A stretch of 64,000 bases of DNA from Polymyxa betae A26-41. Taxonomy: Eukaryota > Protista > Endomyxa: Phytomyxea. Every line of letters begins with the position of its first letter. The stretch's first letter is position 1. Positions 50,874-64,000 of the stretch are shown one piece after another. The translations under genes were made by a program, and so were the position numbers. The notes below the pieces were generated by a model. It saw nothing but the letters and a program-made list of their open reading frames with translations, had not been told where the DNA came from and searched no databases. The stretch spans positions 1 through 64,000 of the forward strand of contig RBZT01000672.1 in NCBI GenBank assembly GCA_003693705.1, in the 5' to 3' direction.

Positions 50874-52628
50874 ATGGGAAGACCCACAGACGCTGACAAC
50901 AGCGAAATCAGCAACCATCGTGTCGATCTTTCTAACCGAAAACTGAAGTCAGCTGAGAACATCGCTGTAAGGCAGCTCGAACAATGCTGCATTTGATCGT
51001 AATCCTCAATTCAGCTGAGAAATGTTCGCCACCTGAACTTGAGCTTCAACGAAATCAGCAATATCAAACAGCTGCCTCTGACGAATGACATCCGGTTCCT
51101 GGATCTCAGCTATAATGAGATCATGGATATCAGCGGTCTAGATCGGTATCTTGATGATCTGCAATGCAATATCATACTGATTGTGATCTATAGAGCGTCA
51201 GGTTTAAGGACTTTACACCTGGTTTGTGACATCTGCAACAATTCAGCTTGTTATTTCATTGCCCATTCAGAATTCGAATAAGCTCTCGACTGTATCCGAG
51301 CTGGCTCATTTATCCAATCTATCCACGCTTCGATTACAGTCCAATCGAATCGAATCGTTGTCAGAGCTACCTCGATCGCTGACGTCGTTGGATGTCTCCC
51401 ATAACAGATTACGAAACCTTGAGGTAGATTATGCCCGATCGGCGCCAGACCTATCGATTCACTGATGGCAAGGGCTGTCGTCGTCTGAACCAGATCCAAT
51501 GGCTGACCGCCACCAATAACAATATCGACGATATCGCTGCATTGGCGCAATGTCATCAGCTCGAGGATTTGCAACTTGGCTGCAATATGATCGCCAAAGC
51601 TGCATGTCTATCGAATCTGGAACGTCTTCATGTAGGTCGGTTGAATATGGTCAAAGCCTCCTATTCATCATTGATACAGACTCTATCGTTGTCGAATAAT
51701 CGTCTTTGTAATGTTCGCGATCTTCCATCATTGCCATCGTTAACACATCTCTATCTCGATGGAAATCAATTGCAAGGTTGTTGTTATGTTGGAAGCATTC
51801 TGATATCGATAATCTGATCTTCATCGTTTAGACATTTCTGCTATTAATCTGCAGTATCCGAATTTGATTGTTATCGATGTATCACGAAACGATCTAAAGG
51901 ATTTGAACGCCACCTTGAAAACGCTCTCACTCTTGGCCGATCTCGACGAAGTGAATCTTGCTGACAATCCCTGCTGTTTAGCAAGAGATAATATCAATGA
52001 TCTAATCATAGCTCGTCTTCCAGATCTATCTGTTCTCAATACGACCAGAATCAAATCATCGATCCTGGTCGAAACGCCTTCTAAGCGCCGTCCTACATCA
52101 CTGATTTGACAGTTTCAGGCGGAGGGCGAAACCACCAGCCGGGTCAATGACGAATCTGATTCTGATGAGGACCATGGGCGACAACAACCTCGGCCGAAAT
52201 CCGTCCAGGCTGAGCAAGCTCGTGTTGCTGATCTTATTAAAGAGACAGAATCATATCTGGCATCATGCCGTGTTCGGGTCGGCAATATATTACAGTCAAG
52301 TCGAGCCTTGATTGGTGAAGCTCTCGTTAACCAACAACCTGTTAATGATCTCATACCAAATCGGGTGAGTAGTGCAAAACAAAGGATTCCACATACAGCG
52401 AAGCGAACCGATCGAGCTGTATCCGCTAATTCCCTTCTGTCGAGGTCTCGATTAGCAAGTGCAGATCGGTTAGTAGATGTATGATGGCGTTGATTCAAAG
52501 AAACTGAACCCGTTTCTAGGAGCAATCAATTGATGTATTTGAAAGCACCGAAAGCCACAAGAGCACAGGTGAAGAAACCAGACAATCGAGTCATACAAGA
52601 ATCCCTCCCGAGCTTATCACCAAGTTAA
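50874..52628 (+). CDS. SDS22-type leucine-rich repeat protein
   Basis: Repeated LxLxxNxI units (LDLSYNEI, LRLQSNRI, LSLSNNRL) and LRRcap NPCC...LPDLSVLN. Confidence 0.85.
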
Positions 52629-53363
52629 TTGTCCAGTAGACATTTTTATAATAAAAAGTCGGTTGAAATGCAAGATTGACTTACAGCCAACTGCTGTTCT
52701 GGAAGACTTTGTATCATTTGCTAATCGCTTTACAGAGGTTCCGGTGACAGATGTCCACGCCTGCATCAGCTTTCTGATCTCAAGCTGTTTCATAACGCAT
52801 CAATAGAAACAGTTGCCATTGTCCACTATCATATGGTAGTCTGTTATAACGACAATCGTCCAGTTTCGGCAGCAACACAATCCTGAACTCGAGAACGTTT
52901 TGTGGACCTCAACCGGTACGTCAAGCTTTCGGCTGTATGCTCTGAAGAGGCTTCCATCGGCCTGATCTCTCGTTCTCAATGAGCCGCCAGACAGTATCCT
53001 TCGTCTGTCCAATCCTAAGCTTAATAGTCGTCTATGAATCAGGGATAGCTACGACAGGCTCTATTCATCCAAGCACTGCAATGTTCTGTCAATGTGCCTG
53101 TTTCCACAGCTCTCACATCCCTCCCTACCTGTTGCAAACAGCTGAGAACGCTTTCAGTGAGATCAACCTCGACGCCATTTTCAAGTTCTCCTAGATGGAC
53201 TGAAGACGTCAAGATTGAAGATTTTCTTGCTTGTGACCCAATTCATTGGACGTTCATGTTGGAAATTGCATCAGGTTTTGTACGGTACCCTGAACTATCG
53301 ATCGAGTACTGCACAGTTCCAATCAGAGTTAGGCGACATATTTGACTAAAGAAACAAAACTTC

Positions 53364-53906
53364 ATGGCATCATCATCAGCATCATCATCGTCGTCGTCGT
53401 ATCAAACCGGATTCATATCGCCATCAGATTATCTCAATGATTATCCCGAACAGACGCTGCTTATGTGCGATGATTTCGATGTTTTCTCCCAAACGATGTT
53501 TCAGCTACCTGTTCATGGAGGGGTGTCGCAGCAATCGCTTCTTGATCTCAGAAGCAATGAAGGCAGGAAGGGTAGGCAAGATCTCCGTTGCCGCTTGCTA
53601 AACGTCATCGCAGGAAATCGACATGCCAGCTCCTGTAAAAAAAGCAAGACAGGCACAGCGAGCGATAAGATCGCCAAGAAGATTGAACGGAAGGATCAAC
53701 ATCGACGAATCGAGCATCGGCGAAGGCAAACCGAGAAGAAGATCTTTGATGATTTACGACAGATTCTGAATGCAGAAAAGAAAGATCGAGTGGCAGTTTT
53801 AGCAGACTGCCTTCTGATCGTTCAACATCATCAGCATTTACAGAGGATTCGACCGGATCTGTTTCGGGAGAGTCAAGAACCGATTGAAGGACAAATCGAG
53901 CATTAG
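53364..53906 (+). CDS. bHLH transcription factor
   Basis: Basic helix RKDQHRRIEHRRR..FDDLR and helix 2 DRVAVLADCL; intronless. Confidence 0.8.
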   Translation: MASSSASSSSSSYQTGFISPSDYLNDYPEQTLLMCDDFDVFSQTMFQLPVHGGVSQQSLLDLRSNEGRKGRQDLRCRLLNVIAGNRHASSCKKSKTGTASDKIAKKIERKDQHRRIEHRRRQTEKKIFDDLRQILNAEKKDRVAVLADCLLIVQHHQHLQRIRPDLFRESQEPIEGQIEH

Positions 53907-54192
53907 CGGTTTAAATATATAATCGAATATAAGTTCCCAGTGGCTTCTATCAGATAACCTTTGGACAAAATCTTGCTGGGAATAGCACTGATATACAGGA
54001 TAATGAAATAATAATCAAAAGTGAGAAATTTGGCCAGCGTTATCTTACTCAAATTACGGTGTGACAAATGAGCACAATGGGGAGAAAATCTTTCGATAAA
54101 AAATCATAAAATGCGAAAAGGCCGTTCTGCGTGAGTTCTTTGTCATCTCCAGCCGAATTCATTTGAAAGAAACCTGGAGAAGAAATCACCCA

Positions 54193-54697
54193 ATGGAAGT
54201 GTCAGGTGTTGCGATCATTTGCTGATTCGGAACTGAAAATCGCATTCAGATTGGCGAAACCTGCGACTGTTTTAACCAATGCTGAAGTACTAGCTGCTCT
54301 TAATCAAGTCCAGCAGACGATCAGACGAAACGGCAAACTTGCTCTGAATTTCAAACTGCAAAGCAGCGAATGGGTCGCCAATGAGGTCAGGAAGTTTCTA
54401 AAATCTACAGATTGTTCCAAACAGACCCCCGAACATGTTACTCACTTTCTGGATCGCTTAATTGCTGTTGTTCACAAACCGTTTACGAGGTGACCAGATT
54501 GGAGACATCTCGTGGATGGTTAACATTGGAATTTCAGGAACGAACTCGTCCAGTTCGTTAATTTGAGGCCGACGAGCGTGGTCGAAGTTCATACAATGGT
54601 TGATGATTGTGATGGACGATTTACAGAAGAGGAGATTATGCAGTTACTGGATATTATAGCTACAACTCTGCCACAAAGGCCAAAGAAATTAAAATAG
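54193..54697 (+). CDS. RPC9: RNA polymerase III subunit RPC9/C17
   Basis: LTNAEVL, EVRKFL, spliced ELVQFVNLRP.SVVEVH.MVDDCDGRF.EE. Confidence 0.88.
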
Positions 54698-54718
54698 TTT
54701 TATATTCTAGCAGTTGGT

Positions 54719-55717
54719 TTACTTTTTCCCTTTCTTTTTGCCTTTCTTTGCCGATTTTTTTCCAGGCGATTTTCTGGTCTGAAGCTCGGCCCCGATTACT
54801 TTCACCAATTCAGGTGATCCCAGATGGCTTAATATCAACTTCCTGATGTGTTTTGCCTTTAAAACAGCTGATAGCAATAGGCTTACACTTTCATCGTTTA
54901 GCAGATTTCCGTCCAAGTCGATTTGTGTGAGAGTTGGATTGCCAACCATAACCTCTGCTATAGCCTGCATGGCATCAACGTGTGTCACATCTGTGCAATT
55001 ATTTGCCATATTGACGACTTCAAGAGTTCGGCTATTAATCAATCCATCGGCCAACGCTAAAATACCATCCGAACCTAATCGGTTTCCTTCAACATTCAGA
55101 GAGCGCAATCGCGAGTAGGGTCCTTTCAGAAGCTGGGCCAGCGATGACCCAGATCTGGACGTTAATGACCCAAATGATAGATCCAGAGTTCGAAGATTTT
55201 TGTTCAATGCTGTTCCAGGAATCAAAGCGGCTACCGCATCATCATTTAAAGTGCAATTATGAGCAAGAGAGATAGTTCGAAGAAATTTGCTTCGAGATGA
55301 ACGCAGAGATGAGCTTAAAGCAGATGCAGAGACGCAGCCAAAACCACAATTGTGAATCTCTAATTTCTGTAGCGACGGTATATAAACGATTGAATTACAA
55401 ATCTCAGCGCATCCAGCGTCATTGAGATGAGCATTCCAGAAACAAACCGATCGTAGCTTGGTGTAATAAAAATCGTGAATAACGTTGCAGAGTTCTCGAA
55501 CGCAATCAAGACCAACAGGATCGCCAACCACAAGTTGTGTTAAAGGCTGTTCCGGGGGTAGCTCGAGAGCTTTAATAATCGGTAGTGCAGCATTTTCAGA
55601 AATCGCAGCAGAAGCAATACGAGTTTTAAATTCCTTCATCAGGAGTGAAACTGGAGCTGAAAACCCATCATATGCCTCGACAATTTTCGCTTTAGATTTA
55701 CCCTTCTTCGGCGGCAT
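54719..55717 (-). CDS. RNI-like leucine-rich repeat protein, probably ciliary
   Basis: LxxLxLxxN repeats; Lys-rich MPPKKGK and KKGKKKGKK termini. Confidence 0.8.
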   Translation of the reverse strand: MPPKKGKSKAKIVEAYDGFSAPVSLLMKEFKTRIASAAISENAALPIIKALELPPEQPLTQLVVGDPVGLDCVRELCNVIHDFYYTKLRSVCFWNAHLNDAGCAEICNSIVYIPSLQKLEIHNCGFGCVSASALSSSLRSSRSKFLRTISLAHNCTLNDDAVAALIPGTALNKNLRTLDLSFGSLTSRSGSSLAQLLKGPYSRLRSLNVEGNRLGSDGILALADGLINSRTLEVVNMANNCTDVTHVDAMQAIAEVMVGNPTLTQIDLDGNLLNDESVSLLLSAVLKAKHIRKLILSHLGSPELVKVIGAELQTRKSPGKKSAKKGKKKGKK

Positions 55718-56072
55718 TGGCTTTGTGAGATATTTACAACAACACGCGGTCTATGACAAAAAACTGCCATTTTCAAATCCTTCAAAATAACAGTGACTTC
55801 GCGACTTATTACTTGACAAAATACATTTGACTGATCGCCATCCGTCTCTTCGGGTTCCGTCAGGATTCCGTTCTCAGTCGGCCCTAATCATCATCTTCAG
55901 CGAGAAGCTGTTTCGATCCTGGTCTAGACAAGGCTTTGTCCATTGAGAAAGAGAAGAGAGGCCTCTCTCATCAGTAACTTTACTGACTTGAACCTGACTA
56001 TCAGAGGCACCCCTCCCACCCACTCCCCCCCATATCAAGTAGTCCCTATACAGCCCTGTCCTATTATCCCAG

Positions 56073-56891
56073 ATGATGAATTCCTTCAGATCACATAATC
56101 GGATTCATCAGCTGATGGCACATTCGGCATCCGACGATTCCACCATCACGCCCAATGTCGTAGCCGCAGCGCCAAGACGGGAGACTGTTGACAATCTCGT
56201 CACTCGCGAGCTCGAGCCCAGCGATTTTGAACGCGGGTTTGTGAAATTATTGGGCCAGGTACGAGAATGATGCATCGAAGGCTATTTAGGTTCTCACTGA
56301 ACATCTCTTGTAGCTGACAACGGTCGGCGATATTTCCAAAGAGGTTCATAATGTTCACAACGATTGCAATCCACGTAAATCTGGTTCAGGCCTTTATCAA
56401 GCGTTATACTGAATTGAAACGCGCTGGTGACATGTACAAGGTAATACAAGGAATCATCGTGGAGTTTTAGGCTCTGACAATATGAAGATTGCAGTGATTG
56501 TTGATCCAGTTGCTGACAAAGTCATTGCGTGTGCGACCTTAATCATGGAGAAGAAATTTGTCCATGGCTGTGGTGTTGTTGGTCATGTAGAGGATGTTGT
56601 AAGTACAAAATTGTCATTTGATTGAACACATTCGGAAGCTTACCGATGGTTAGGTCGTTGATTTTACATATCGTAAGAGAACCTAACCAAGGATATGAAT
56701 CTATAATTAAACATGTTTTAGGTGGCCGTAGTCTAGGACTGAGAGTTGTAGATCAACTGAAAACATGGGCGGAAGAGGCAGGATGCTACAAAATCATTTT
56801 GGATTGTGCTGCCCATAATGTCCCATTCTACAACAAGCTCGGATTCGTTAAAAAGGAAGAGCAAATGGCATTCTACTACAATAAGCATTAA
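56073..56891 (+). CDS. GNA1: Glucosamine-6-phosphate N-acetyltransferase
   Basis: LLGQLT.VG, EKKFVHGCG..GHVEDV, GCYKIILDC, FYNKLGF. Confidence 0.95.
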
Positions 56892-57013
56892 TCAGATCCA
56901 ATAAATCTAGCTCGTTTGCAAACGCTCTTGCTCTTGATAGTCTATATGACCGTACAGTTATATTTTACACAAAGCGATAAATAAATATTGATGTAGATAA
57001 AGACCGTCTCCAA

Positions 57014-57533
57014 TTATCGAAAGAACTGTTCCCTTCGTCTTGCCCTTCTCCTTCCAAAGTGCATACGCCGATACGCTTCTCGAAAGTGCAACGGTCGAAG
57101 AGCACCAGTATGCCTCCACTCTTCTTGAACTTCAACAGTCATCCGAATCAGTTCCGAAAGGAAGATCTTGCTTATTCCACTCATAATAATACTAGTTACT
57201 GGGGAGGGCTTTTTGCTTGTCCTCAGCGACGTTTGCATGACCATAGATACGTGGCTCGGAGTCAGCCTTGATCTAAAATATGCTTCATATCGTAGCATTT
57301 GCGAGGCCGTTAATTTATAATAAATTGTCCTGAGAAACTATAAAAACCAACACATAATAAACAGAATGAACTAACTTTCGCTCTGATGATGATCCTTCAG
57401 AGTAGATCAGCTCTGATGGCAGCAGTCTGTTCGGATCATTTTCGTTTTCCTTTTCGGCACCAGTCTTATCAATTTCAGTAACCTCGATAGACTCCCGACT
57501 AACTAATTCCCGAGTGCCATCAATATTGGCCAT
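57014..57533 (-). CDS. TAF11: TFIID subunit TAF11
   Basis: RYEAYFRS, MSGISKIF, GALRPLHFREAYRR histone-fold signature. Confidence 0.88.
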
Positions 57534-57880
57534 AAGTGAAGTTGACACTCAAGCTTCAGAATCGCTCCATTAATGAACGCGCCATTAATTTCCAGCTCCA
57601 GCCAAATCAAAAAATTTGCGCGAAGTTGCGCAGATTTTTCGTTATTCAAATTTTTGGAGAACACGTTTCGCTGGCTCCATACGAAACATGGTGTAGTAAT
57701 ACCGTTCGTCTTTTTAATCATGGAATGTATAAGACTGTTAAAAGCGTTGGGCTATGGATTGAGTTGGATCGGATTTAACTATCGTTGATTCTCATCAAGT
57801 ATCAACAGGCGGTGCTGTTTCCTATGCACATGGTGTAAGGAACACAAATGGTCACTTTAGGTGACAAAAAAAGCGTTGGG

Positions 57881-59515
57881 CTAGGATGGTCCCTCATGAT
57901 TATAAGTACACAACCGATCGCTGAATTCCAGCAAAAGTTGAGCAATTTCTTGCCTGGTGATGTTCTCAGCCCACATTATCTCCTCGATATGATGCTCGCC
58001 GTTAAAATAAGGCATAAGCCTACCAAAAATGAGGAAATTAGTCATTGTTCTCACCAATATTCGACCTATTAAACAATTTCTTTAGCTTGGAATTTTTTGT
58101 TGTTGCACATGTCAGATCGGGATGGATCTGAGGTGAGGTCGAAAGATGCCTAAATCCTGAGGTAGAGTCGATCGACGACGAATAGATTTTAGGGCTTGGT
58201 CCAGGTCCCACCGACAACGATACGCTATGGTCTGGAATCAGCGAAACGTACGTATGTAATAAGATGAGGATCGAATGACGTAATAAAAAGACAATCAGAG
58301 TGACAATTTGATGCTGAGCAGCTTGACCTAACCACCAACTGTCAGAATTTGTTTAAAAATTTCAGAAAAGATTTCGGGCACCCAAAATTCGCAAATGTTC
58401 TTCGAGCCGATTAGGAACAGCGAATCGTGACACTTGATCGGGCAATCCGAGGGTAGGAAAGGACACTTCGAACGCCTCACAAACGCTGCGACTCAGCACG
58501 GCATCTGGATTGATCGTGAGAACCGAATGCTTCGTTAATGTATTCTGAAATGACATCTCAGAAACACAATCGATCCTTCTTTTAAAGACCAACCATGATC
58601 CGAGCTTTACGCCATAGGACGAGATGTGCTGCGATACGAAAGACATGAGATATCGGCATTCCCAAATCAACGCTCAGATCGCGAAAACTCTTCATTGGAT
58701 TCGCAACACGAATCAAGCGACGAAGTGTGGACGATGCATCGTCGGGTAATTGATCCAGAAGGTTGTCAGCATCCTCGAGCAGCAAAATCGTACGATAAGG
58801 GCGAAGATTCGATTTCAATTCGTTCTGATTGCTGACGCCTTCAGAGATTCCAACATGGATCCTCCCATTGATCTGAATATTACGAAGTGTGTGTCTGGCC
58901 AATGCCTCACAGATCTCGTTCAGCGATCTGGCAAGACTCGACAGTTTGAGCTGTATGTTTGCGTCTTTCTCATGCTGGTCTCGTAATTGGGAAAGAATCG
59001 CAACCTTCAGCTCATTAGACGATATCTCAAGTTGTAGCATAATATCCTATACCGAGTCGCTTGCGAAGTTCCTAACGATCTATCAGAAGGCGTAAATATG
59101 AATGAGCAAGACACAGAACCGATGGGACTGTTCGTGAAGAAGAGCGAAAGCCAGCTGTGGAATGGCATTTCGTGCCATTGAATGACGATTGGGTTCATTT
59201 ACGGGAACCACAGCGACAATATTGAACTTGGTCAAATGGTCATCTCGAGATGCATCCAGAGTAACCGGCCACGATATAAATTTCAGCGAATCGATGGTGA
59301 ATTCTATAGGCAAAATCAGATCCTAATGAGTCTAGATCTTGTATGATCAGACCCAACAGCTGATTGCATAAGACGTTTTTCGGGCAGCAGATACGAGCTA
59401 TAGTCTGTGGGCTGAGGTTCAGTGGTAGTGCACTTCCTGATGGATATGAGCAGTAATAGGTAAGTTGATTGCCACGATCAGTTAATGTCACTAGCAGCAT
59501 ATAGTACTGAGCCAT
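57881..59515 (-). CDS. NPRL3: GATOR1 subunit NPRL3
   Basis: CPK..LCNQ, FNIV, LRPYRTILL, RIAAHLVLW.KA; spliced LLRHSILILLHTY and PYFNGEHHIEEIMW.ENI.R; stop at 57881. Confidence 0.9.
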
Positions 59516-59780
59516 GACGTCGCCCTCTTAGCTACTCATATGACTAATCATGACTGTCCATCAAGACATATAGCTTCAAGGATGTAAAAATCCGTGCCAA
59601 ACTCCTTTCACAAAGTTGTTGCTCTCCAACAGCAGAACTTAATTTACAATACACATTCTATATGCTCCTGCTACGGGTAACAAAGCTGCCTTCCTGTATG
59701 AATGTCGATATAATCAAAACGATAAATGTTAGCGATATTCAGGAAAGTTTTCGCATGTGCTTAATGTCATCATGAAAACT

Positions 59781-60185
59781 TTACTTGGAATAATAATCTT
59801 CATGCATGCAAGGGTCGAAGGAGAACTCCCTTGGAGTAACAGGATTATAACTAGGTGGATCGCGAAATTTCAGATAGGCGAAAAACCCAGTTAAGGTAGC
59901 AAACATCGTTCCGAGCATAAGAGTGGTGGGTAGATGGTTGACGTTCTCATGAAGATCCAGGGCGGGTTCAGGAGCAACACCATCGTCCCAGATGAATTCG
60001 TGATCAGGTGGCAGCTATTGATATGTCATTAAAAGGGCTGATCTTTCAGATGCCAGACACATTACCGGAGCAGATTCAGCAGGCAAAGCGGGGAACATTT
60101 TCCTTAGCGGATGCTGCTCGGGCGTTTCATTGGTGCTGAGCTGACGACCACGAACCGCCAGCCGCCGAAACACATTCCGTATCAT
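59781..60185 (-). CDS. NDUFB8: Mitochondrial complex I subunit NDUFB8-like
   Basis: Arg-rich presequence MIRNVFRRLAVRGRQLS; EFIWDDGVAPEPALD; TM then DPPSYNPVTPR. Two exons; absent from the ORF track. Confidence 0.7.
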
Positions 60186-60522
60186 TTCTTTTGAAACCAG
60201 GCGCCAATAAATTGGATTGAATCTAGCAAATTTATAGACTTAGCAGAAGGTTGCGCCACTTTATATGTGGTTTGTGGCTCTGGTACAGTACATTGATATC
60301 GAGAGTAAATGAATTGCAAACGAATGCCAGATTGAATCTCATACAGAGTAGTATTATATTAATAGAGTTAATGAGGGATGTTTAAGTAGAGATATACTGC
60401 AAAGATCGAATTGTTAGATTGTAGGGGCTCTTGAAAAGATATGAGAGCAGTTGATTGCAAACTAATCAAGACCCAATTCGCGTCATTACATAAGCAGGGA
60501 CGCTTGACAAAAATGCAGATGT

Positions 60523-60924
60523 TCAATACATAATTGGAACAGGACCTTCTCCTGAAGCAGATGGTGCAGGTGCCATCGGTATTAGTCCAAAATCCAGCTC
60601 TGATAAAACCTCGCTTGTTGGAATTTCAACTTGATTATCTCTGTTAGCTTCTGCATTTAGAGCTACGATTCCATTGTGTAAAACAGATGCCGTTGACTGC
60701 AAACTAGCTAAGCGAGCCATGTGGACTTCAATCGTGTTATCGAGTAGTTTCATCTGCATACTTAATGAGCGCTTAAATCGCTCGAAGCAAATACACAGTT
60801 GTCAAACCTGGTAGCGAAGATATTCGGCATGTTCATGGTCAGTGCCTTTTTGAGAAACTCGTCGACGCTGTTGTTTGGGAGTCTCGATTCCGGGTCCTTT
60901 CTGATCGGGGCGACTTCGACGCAT
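60523..60924 (-). CDS. Small coiled-coil protein, possibly DASH-complex Dam1-like
   Basis: Spliced MRRSRP...TPKQQRRRVS...LSMQMKLLDN...LASLQSTASVLHNGIVALN. Confidence 0.4.
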
Positions 60925-61380
60925 GATTACACACAATGTTTACGAGCAAATCCAAACGATAGACGGTCAGAAAGTCAATAAGGCCAGGTGTATCAAGATG
61001 GACATGGTCAGTGGCTAGCCATCGCTCTAAGCACGAATCACGTCAAAAACCTCTGGAGCGTCACACTCATAGGCAGAAAACCCAGCATTTGCTGTGATAA
61101 AATGAAGTGAGAATTGTCCATCCATTGTCACAGTGAGTAACCGTAGAAAAAATTTCTGTTGCATTCAGCATTCCATGAAAGACAATGGCAAAAAGTGAAA
61201 ATTAAATGAGGAATTTTAAAAATGGGATCGCAGCCCACCCCTAGGTTGTGAAACCCACCCGTGCTTTTGGTTGTCAAGATTTCCGCATCATAGCGGAACC
61301 CTCAAATCTTTCTTTCCAGGGAGGGTGTCTGTGTTCAGGAAGCTTGAAGAGTCGTCGCTTCCTGACATACATCTACTCTG

Positions 61381-64000
<2,620 letters not shown>

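Noticed and set aside
55940-56040. GAGAGGCCTCTC palindrome and C-rich tract upstream of GNA1
   Set aside because: Low-complexity promoter/UTR sequence with no supportable function.

Overview
Gene-dense eukaryotic nuclear DNA: about 37 protein-coding genes, mostly split by very short (about 40-60 nt) GT-AG introns (a few GC-AG), with intergenic gaps often under 300 bp. Flagellar genes (TTLL, an axonemal dynein light-chain/IQ protein, LRR proteins) indicate a flagellated protist. The compact layout is compatible with a phytomyxid/plasmodiophorid, but that is inference only. Housekeeping genes include TEL2, THG1, NTE1, SEC8, EFG1, ESF2, DBP5, eIF5, RPC9, GNA1, TAF11, NPRL3, NDUFB8 and MCM7. The most notable items are: (1) a ~4.5 kb FHA-domain gene with Ki-67-like architecture built from duplicated exon-intron modules and ending in a CCCH finger; (2) a divergent SYCP2/Red1-like meiotic axis gene; (3) a secreted protein resembling bacterial haemagglutinin-type beta-helix adhesins; (4) a P450 plus secreted tyrosinase pair beside a decayed AT-rich segment; (5) an intron-bearing dCTP deaminase; (6) small spliced genes missed or only partly captured by the ORF track (QCR10-like, NDUFB8, Dam1-like). 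No rRNA, tRNA or CRISPR array was recognised. Exon joins were worked out by hand and family calls rest on recalled motifs, not database searches.
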